DNA of 64,000 nt, taken from the IMG/VR virus record IMGVR_UViG_3300030095_001206, positions 21,307-85,306 of that record, one strand, 5' to 3'. The notes below the pieces were generated by a model. The model was not told where the DNA came from and did no database searches. It worked only from the letters and a program-made list of their open reading frames with translations. The DNA comes from a virus. Lineage: Duplodnaviria > Caudoviricetes. The position numbers and the translations under genes are program-made. Positions 59,492 through 64,000 of this stretch are shown one piece after another (the stretch's first letter is position 1; each line of letters opens with the position of its first letter).

Positions 59492-60169
59492 TTAGTTAGA
59501 ATTCCAACGTGGACCAGATTTATCTGCAGTACTATTTACATTTCTGTATTCGCAATCAACTAATTTACCATTTCTTTCTGCAACATATATCCTATCATAG
59601 CATTCAAACCCACTCTCTTCTAAGAATTTATCTAACTCTTCACCTGTATTAGCATTTTCATAGTCTTCTGACTCATCATACTCTGCATAGATGAAATCTA
59701 CGTTCTTTAAATGATCTCCAGCACTCTTAAGTACCTTTAAATCATTACCTTGCGTGTCGGTTTTGAGTACTGATACCTTTTTGTATTTTAAATTATCTAA
59801 AATTGACGCTAAACTAACTGTTTCGACGGTATATACCCTGTCAACGAGGTTTTCAAAACGTCCAATTGGTCTACAAAGAGAACTAGTGCCAGGATCTCCA
59901 CTAAGTCCGTAGAAATCTTTTTCTCTGGATTGATCGACATCAGAAATAGCAGCTTCAATAAGGTAACATCTATCCCCCGCATCGAGAGTCTCCAAGTGCG
60001 AGCAACAAGATTTAAAGTTATTAGGATGTGGTTCGATTCCAATAACATAGACGTTTGGGTCATTACGTAACCATTGGGTAGCGTTAGGCATATTAAAAGA
60101 GAGACCTACATCAAAGCGGAGTGTTAATCCGCTTTTGAGTTTCTCGTTGATTAAATCATAATCTATCAT
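59492..60169 (-). CDS. FkbM-family SAM-dependent methyltransferase
   Basis: FDVG, VIGIEPHP.NF, LKTDTQG.DL.VL.S.G..L.....I..E. Confidence 0.85.
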   Translation of the reverse strand: MIDYDLINEKLKSGLTLRFDVGLSFNMPNATQWLRNDPNVYVIGIEPHPNNFKSCCSHLETLDAGDRCYLIEAAISDVDQSREKDFYGLSGDPGTSSLCRPIGRFENLVDRVYTVETVSLASILDNLKYKKVSVLKTDTQGNDLKVLKSAGDHLKNVDFIYAEYDESEDYENANTGEELDKFLEESGFECYDRIYVAERNGKLVDCEYRNVNSTADKSGPRWNSN

Positions 60170-60306
60170 CCTTGTCCCCTATATCTCTTTGCTGCTTTGT
60201 TTCGAGACGAGGCCGCATATTTGGTGTGCTTGCCTCTTCCTTGCCGAGTTTTCTTCGGACGTGCCTCCTTAATCTCGTTCCCTAGAACTCCAGTAGACTT
60301 TGCCAT
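60166..60306 (-). CDS. 46-aa highly basic hypothetical protein (below cutoff)
   Basis: MAKSTGVLGNEIKEARPKKTRQGRGKHTKYAASSRNKAAKRYRGQG; ATGA overlap with next gene. Confidence 0.75.
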   Translation of the reverse strand: MAKSTGVLGNEIKEARPKKTRQGRGKHTKYAASSRNKAAKRYRGQG

Positions 60307-60309
60307 AAT

Positions 60310-61083
60310 TTAAAGTACCCTTGTTTTTTCATGTCCAACACGTATCCGAGGATCGCACCAGATCTCATAGTTTGCTTCAATAGCATCTAAACAGAAACTA
60401 ACGTCTTCTCCGCACATGTCTTGAACAGCACCTGATTCAAACACTTGCATCTTTGGAGCAAACCAAGGATACTTAATGTTCTCGTCTTCAAAAACACCAT
60501 TCCTAATCATGACCCAACCGAAACCAGTGTAGTCTACGGTGAAAGGCTTCTTACGCTTAGAGATAGTCTCTACGGTTTCGTGGTTCATAACTCCACCGTT
60601 CTTACGGAAGTCGTCTTCCTCTAACCAATGTGCAACAGAAGTAGTCTTACCATCTTCAGTAGCATACCATCCAGCAGTGATACCTCTTTCGTCACCTTCA
60701 GCAGGTACGGCAAGGTCACATAACTGCCAGAACTTTTCTGATGTGAATACGATGTCACTATCAATCCACAACTGATAGTCATACTCTAACTTACCATCCC
60801 AAGGTTTTTGATCAGGACCACGTAGTACATTAGCACCTAATACCTTACAACGTGCAAAGTTAACCATAGAGGAGTAGTCCTGACTAATCTGGATACTCAT
60901 ATTGTTCTGAACCATGTCGAAGCAGAGCTGAACGAAGTTCTTTAAAAAGACAAAAGAACATCCTCTGCCTGGTAGACAGAAGACGATCTTCTTTCCCTTC
61001 ATTCTAGCTTTAATAGCATCTATATCCCACTCTGCTTCTTTCTTTTTTGGAGCAGATGCTTTAACAGTAAATCCTTTGGCCAT
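60310..61083 (-). CDS. GT-A-fold (GT2-like) glycosyltransferase
   Basis: VNFARC, YDYQLWIDSDIVF (DxD), GFGWV.I..GVFE, GEDVSFC, VGHEK. Confidence 0.8.
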   Translation of the reverse strand: MAKGFTVKASAPKKKEAEWDIDAIKARMKGKKIVFCLPGRGCSFVFLKNFVQLCFDMVQNNMSIQISQDYSSMVNFARCKVLGANVLRGPDQKPWDGKLEYDYQLWIDSDIVFTSEKFWQLCDLAVPAEGDERGITAGWYATEDGKTTSVAHWLEEDDFRKNGGVMNHETVETISKRKKPFTVDYTGFGWVMIRNGVFEDENIKYPWFAPKMQVFESGAVQDMCGEDVSFCLDAIEANYEIWCDPRIRVGHEKTRVL

Positions 61084-61105
61084 GAATAATTAACTCATCA
61101 CATTC

Positions 61106-61135
61106 ATTATACACGGTATATATGGTATTTGTCAA
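61106..61135 (-). promoter_or_regulatory. sigma70-type promoter of the glycosyltransferase
   Basis: TTGACA-N18-TATAAT. Confidence 0.75.
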
Positions 61136-61272
61136 CTAAGTTCCTTTATTTTATCTATCCAATATTCCCTATCTTCATCACTTATCCAAGGATTATGTTT
61201 TTGTATATGTGCATGTTTTAACCAATCTTCCTTCTTCCAATCTTTCTTAGGACCAAGATGATGTTTTAACAT
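61132..61272 (-). CDS. 46-aa hypothetical protein (below cutoff)
   Basis: MLKHHLGPKKDWKKEDWLKHAHIQKHNPWISDEDREYWIDKIKELS; TAATG coupling. Confidence 0.65.
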   Translation of the reverse strand: MLKHHLGPKKDWKKEDWLKHAHIQKHNPWISDEDREYWIDKIKELS

Positions 61273-61472
61273 TAATAACTATCGTCTCCTGAAGGTAGAG
61301 ATAAGACTCTCTCAAAACTTAAACCTGCTTCTTTACCTAATGGTGTGCTAGGGCCACACATACTGTTCAACATATTCCATCTTACTTCAAAGTCCTCTTC
61401 ACTTAGATTGTGAAAGAGGACTTCTCCCTTGGCGTATATGTGGTAACTAAACTCTGTCATAGTCATCTTCAA
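61272..61472 (-). CDS. hypothetical protein
   Basis: 66-aa ORF tiling. Confidence 0.7.
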   Translation of the reverse strand: MKMTMTEFSYHIYAKGEVLFHNLSEEDFEVRWNMLNSMCGPSTPLGKEAGLSFERVLSLPSGDDSY

Positions 61473-61785
61473 TCCTCACGATGTCTTCTTCTATACATTC
61501 CTCACCTACCTGAACTTCGATAATAGTAAGACCTTCTTCACCTGCCATGATACGATGATTCACCTTAGTGGGAATGTAGAAGTATTTACCAGGATAAGCT
61601 TTTAACGTATCTTCTCCAAGTATAATCTTACCATACCCCTGAACACATACCCAATGCTCACACCTTTTATAATGATACTGTAAAGATAACTTACTATTAG
61701 GATTTACGATTAACCTCTTTAACTTATACCCATCTTCTTCAAAGTGGTCTTCGTAAAATCCCCAAGGGCGGAAAAATCTATACAT
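61447..61785 (-). CDS. stand-alone cupin, mannose-6-phosphate isomerase type II C-terminal-like
   Basis: RPWG.Y, K.KRL.VNP..KLSLQYH..R.EHWV.V.G, IEVQ.G....E.DIVRIEDDY.R. Confidence 0.85.
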   Translation of the reverse strand: MYRFFRPWGFYEDHFEEDGYKLKRLIVNPNSKLSLQYHYKRCEHWVCVQGYGKIILGEDTLKAYPGKYFYIPTKVNHRIMAGEEGLTIIEVQVGEECIEEDIVRIEDDYDRV

Positions 61786-61941
61786 GAAAAAAATATTGGG
61801 CGGGGTTTTTTATATAGAAAAATATTTGAAAGAAATTTTATATGCTAAAAGCAGACTTTTGTAGGTTAGCATTAGGTACTTTTTTATAACGCATCGGGAC
61901 GGGCGGCGGCATCAACGAACGGCGCAATACTGTCATATCTG

Positions 61942-61970
61942 ATTATAACATAAGCACTGCAATCTGTCAA
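61942..61970 (-). promoter_or_regulatory. sigma70-type promoter with extended -10
   Basis: TTGACA-N17(ending TGT)-TATAAT, about 150 nt upstream of the cupin start. Confidence 0.85.
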
Positions 61971-61993
61971 CTAAATGTTAAGAACTGTCCATA

Positions 61994-62206
61994 TCAATTG
62001 TTATCAATTAGGCCATAAGATTGCTCCCATAAAGTATCAATGTCCACTGACAAATTCTCGACGGTAACTGTTAGTTTCTCTTTGTCATCGTTTATATCAA
62101 ATAGACTGTGGTAATCTATCTGGTTTGGATGAAAAGAACTGCCGTCAATCTCAAAGTCTAAAGTAACACGAATACGCTGTAAATCATCAGACGAGTTAGT
62201 GTACAT
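61994..62206 (-). CDS. small acidic hypothetical protein
   Basis: 70 aa with its own upstream promoter. Confidence 0.7.
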   Translation of the reverse strand: MYTNSSDDLQRIRVTLDFEIDGSSFHPNQIDYHSLFDINDDKEKLTVTVENLSVDIDTLWEQSYGLIDNN

Positions 62207-62232
62207 AACCTTCGAGTGATTGTCCTATACTA

Positions 62233-62261
62233 ATTATAACTTATAAGACTGCTAATTGCAA
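62233..62261 (-). promoter_or_regulatory. sigma70-type promoter
   Basis: TTGCAA-N17-TATAAT. Confidence 0.75.
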
Positions 62262-62294
62262 CCCCCTATATGTTACAAACCGTGTAGCGAGTAG

Positions 62295-62323
62295 TTGACA
62301 AGAACTCCGTTCCATGTTATGCT
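62295..62323 (+). promoter_or_regulatory. divergent plus-strand sigma70-type promoter with no downstream ORF
   Basis: TTGACA-N17(ending TGT)-TATGCT. Confidence 0.65.
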
Positions 62324-62359
62324 CGCTAAGATCACTATAAGATCAGACGATTAACAGGG

Positions 62360-62367
62360 TATTTATA
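62360..62367 (-). promoter_or_regulatory. late promoter
   Basis: perfect TATAAATA in AT-rich non-coding tract. Confidence 0.6.
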
Positions 62368-62438
62368 ACACTTTCTTAAGACAATATTCTATTATCTATA
62401 AACAACTCTATTATGATTAATTAAACGTTTTTAACACA

Positions 62439-62478
62439 TTTTCCACTACTTTTCCACAGAAAATGATAGTTTTCCACA
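62439..62478 (+). repeat. three direct TTTTCCAC(A/T) repeats, DnaA-box-like
   Basis: TTTTCCACT 62439-62447, TTTTCCACA 62450-62458, TTTTCCACA 62470-62478 (last two extend to TTTTCCACAGAAA). Confidence 0.75.
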
Positions 62479-62499
62479 GAAATACCCCCATAGTTGTTG

Positions 62500-62766
62500 T
62501 TACTCACTAGGGGGCAATTCATGCTTTCTAACTGTTATCGAATACTTGTAATCTTTGAACAAATTCATTAACATTAGTGTGTTAGATTTGCCCCATGAAT
62601 CTATACAATATTCTGATACAAATCCGTTGACTATGTTATCCTTACTGTGATAACAGAAAGTGTATATTAACCCATCCCAATCTTCTGTTACATTGTTGTT
62701 AATGAGGCCTTCAGATTGATCGTTGAAAATATTCAGTTGAGTAGGGATTTGGTCTTGATTTGACAT
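62500..62766 (-). CDS. hypothetical early protein
   Basis: 88-aa ORF. Confidence 0.55.
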   Translation of the reverse strand: MSNQDQIPTQLNIFNDQSEGLINNNVTEDWDGLIYTFCYHSKDNIVNGFVSEYCIDSWGKSNTLMLMNLFKDYKYSITVRKHELPPSE

Positions 62767-63037
62767 ACTTTAGTTGACTCCAATTAGCATCGTTACATAA
62801 CAATAATGTATGGATATATTTGTGCTTTAAAGTATTATGTTTCTGTTTAAATTTGTCTGATGTTTTGCATACTGGTTTCTCTCTAATTGCAACCTCTATT
62901 GTTAAGTATCTTGTGTGCGGTTTAAATCCTTTTTTGTCCTCTAATTTCTCTCCTTTAAAGTATACCCAACCCTCGTCAATTATGTCTGTGTTCGGTCTTT
63001 TCCAAATGACGTAATCGTTGACTTGTGGATCATACAT
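62711..63037 (-). CDS. hypothetical early protein
   Basis: 108 aa; Y.P.V.DYV.W, EGWVYFK, Y.TIE pattern; promoter directly upstream. Confidence 0.75.
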   Translation of the reverse strand: MYDPQVNDYVIWKRPNTDIIDEGWVYFKGEKLEDKKGFKPHTRYLTIEVAIREKPVCKTSDKFKQKHNTLKHKYIHTLLLCNDANWSQLKYVKSRPNPYSTEYFQRSI

Positions 63038-63061
63038 AGCATTGCAAATTACGTTAAGTAA

Positions 63062-63090
63062 ATTATATATCAGAACTCACAGATTGTCAA
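63062..63090 (-). promoter_or_regulatory. sigma70-type early promoter
   Basis: TTGACA-N17-TATAAT. Confidence 0.85.
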
Positions 63091-63269
63091 GCATCGTAGT
63101 CATCGTCTAGGGGAAATTCTTCCATCTTAGACTCACTTAGTGCATGAATCATCACCCATACTTTCTCACCTGACAAGAGATTCTCATCACATAAGTATGA
63201 AACAGTATCCTCAATTGTCTCAAGGATGTTGATTGCTTCTTCTCTCAATTGTTGTGGGGTTGCTGACAT
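63087..63269 (-). CDS. small acidic hypothetical protein
   Basis: 60 aa; IED.V.YLCDE...SGEKVW. Confidence 0.7.
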   Translation of the reverse strand: MSATPQQLREEAINILETIEDTVSYLCDENLLSGEKVWVMIHALSESKMEEFPLDDDYDA

Positions 63270-63399
63270 TTTGTTTGAAGGATTGTGGGACAGTTGTTGT
63301 GAATGAGGCCTGATAGATTACAGAACCATTGTTTATATCGGGCGGAGCGTATCTCGGAAGGAAAAAAATCGCTCACCTCGGAGGATTACGGAGTCATTG

Positions 63400-63570
63400 T
63401 TATACTTTAACTAGAAAATCTTCTTTGTTAATGTATTCTCTACAACCTAAACATCCTGCGGCACTCCACGCAAAATGATAAACTTTCTCTGTATGATTAC
63501 ACTTAGGGCATGTAATCTCCTTACCATTTCTTCCTGCTCTAGTGTAACGATTAACGTTTTTTAGTTTCAT
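63400..63570 (-). CDS. 56-aa zinc-ribbon protein (below cutoff)
   Basis: MKLKNVNRYTRAGRNGKEITCPKCNHTEKVYHFAWSAAGCLGCREYINKEDFLVKV; CxxC...CxxC; GAGAGG RBS. Confidence 0.75.
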   Translation of the reverse strand: MKLKNVNRYTRAGRNGKEITCPKCNHTEKVYHFAWSAAGCLGCREYINKEDFLVKV

Positions 63571-63921
63571 TTAACCTCTCCCAAAAAATTGATGTGGATG
63601 TAAATCACCGTACGAAGATGATGGGTAATTGTTGAATGTGAATATTCTGATTACATCGTCTTGAATATTACTTTCACGCATGATTTGTATTACTAACCCT
63701 TCATCTTTTGATAATTCAATTGTTTCTAATACGTCACCTAGTATCATATAGTCTAGACGATTACGTACCCAATTGTATAAATCTAATTTCGCAGATAGAT
63801 AGACATCTTTACATCTATCATATGCAATCCACTCTGCAAATATATCTTTTATGTCCTCAAATTGTCTTGCCTTAATCTTAACACCTTGAGGTTGATTCCA
63901 ATTTAGTTGATAGTTTTTCAT
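63571..63921 (-). CDS. hypothetical early protein
   Basis: 116 aa with GGGAGG RBS. Confidence 0.65.
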   Translation of the reverse strand: MKNYQLNWNQPQGVKIKARQFEDIKDIFAEWIAYDRCKDVYLSAKLDLYNWVRNRLDYMILGDVLETIELSKDEGLVIQIMRESNIQDDVIRIFTFNNYPSSSYGDLHPHQFFGRG

Positions 63922-63923
63922 AG

Positions 63924-64000
63924 TTAATCCTCCCTTGATCTAATAGATTTGTTTGCCTTATCGTCAGTTGATTCTAATAACTTACCTACCTTATATTCAT
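63924..64000 (-). CDS. 3' end of an ORF truncated by the window edge
   Basis: open frame ...EYKVGKLLESTDDKANKSIRSRED*. Confidence 0.45.
   Translation of the reverse strand, partial: EYKVGKLLESTDDKANKSIRSRED

Noticed and set aside
1-64000. tRNA genes, CRISPR arrays, integrase/att sites, stop-codon recoding
   Set aside because: No cloverleaf with a GTTC-type T-loop recognised in intergenic gaps, no repeat-spacer arrays, no recombinase; core genes translate uninterrupted in the standard code

Overview
64-kb segment of a T4-like marine cyanomyovirus (Kyanoviridae-type, AT-rich, probably a large-genome Prochlorococcus/Synechococcus phage). Essentially every real gene is on the minus strand. In transcription order (64000 to 1): small early ORFs; a non-coding switch region with divergent sigma70 promoters, an AT-rich tract and TTTTCCACA boxes; a cupin/glycosyltransferase/FkbM cassette; baseplate g25-g6-g7 (4078 aa)-g8, a 2555-aa VrlC-like protein and neck/tail g13-g14-g15; g16, a 5-kb insert of probable internal-head proteins, then g17-g23; g3, uvsY, uvsW, g55, g47, g46; a VWA-metallopeptidase with its CobS-like AAA+ partner, a pyrimidine-dimer glycosylase, g45, g44, a DruA/DUF4338-like gene and a truncated glycosyltransferase. 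I found no tRNA, CRISPR array, integrase, intron or intein. Most interesting signals: (1) a candidate origin with cyanobacterial DnaA-box-like repeats and an antisense promoter; (2) a pervasive G-[IVLF]-x-[ST] motif that appears confined to virion proteins, next to phage glycosyltransferases; (3) a capsid-targeted internal-protein cassette probably processed by gp21; (4) an identically spaced operator-like element upstream of both the AAA+ and VWA genes; (5) a back-to-back bidirectional promoter at g55; (6) a DruA-like plus glycosyltransferase pair at the replisome genes. All family assignments come from motif recognition, not database searches.
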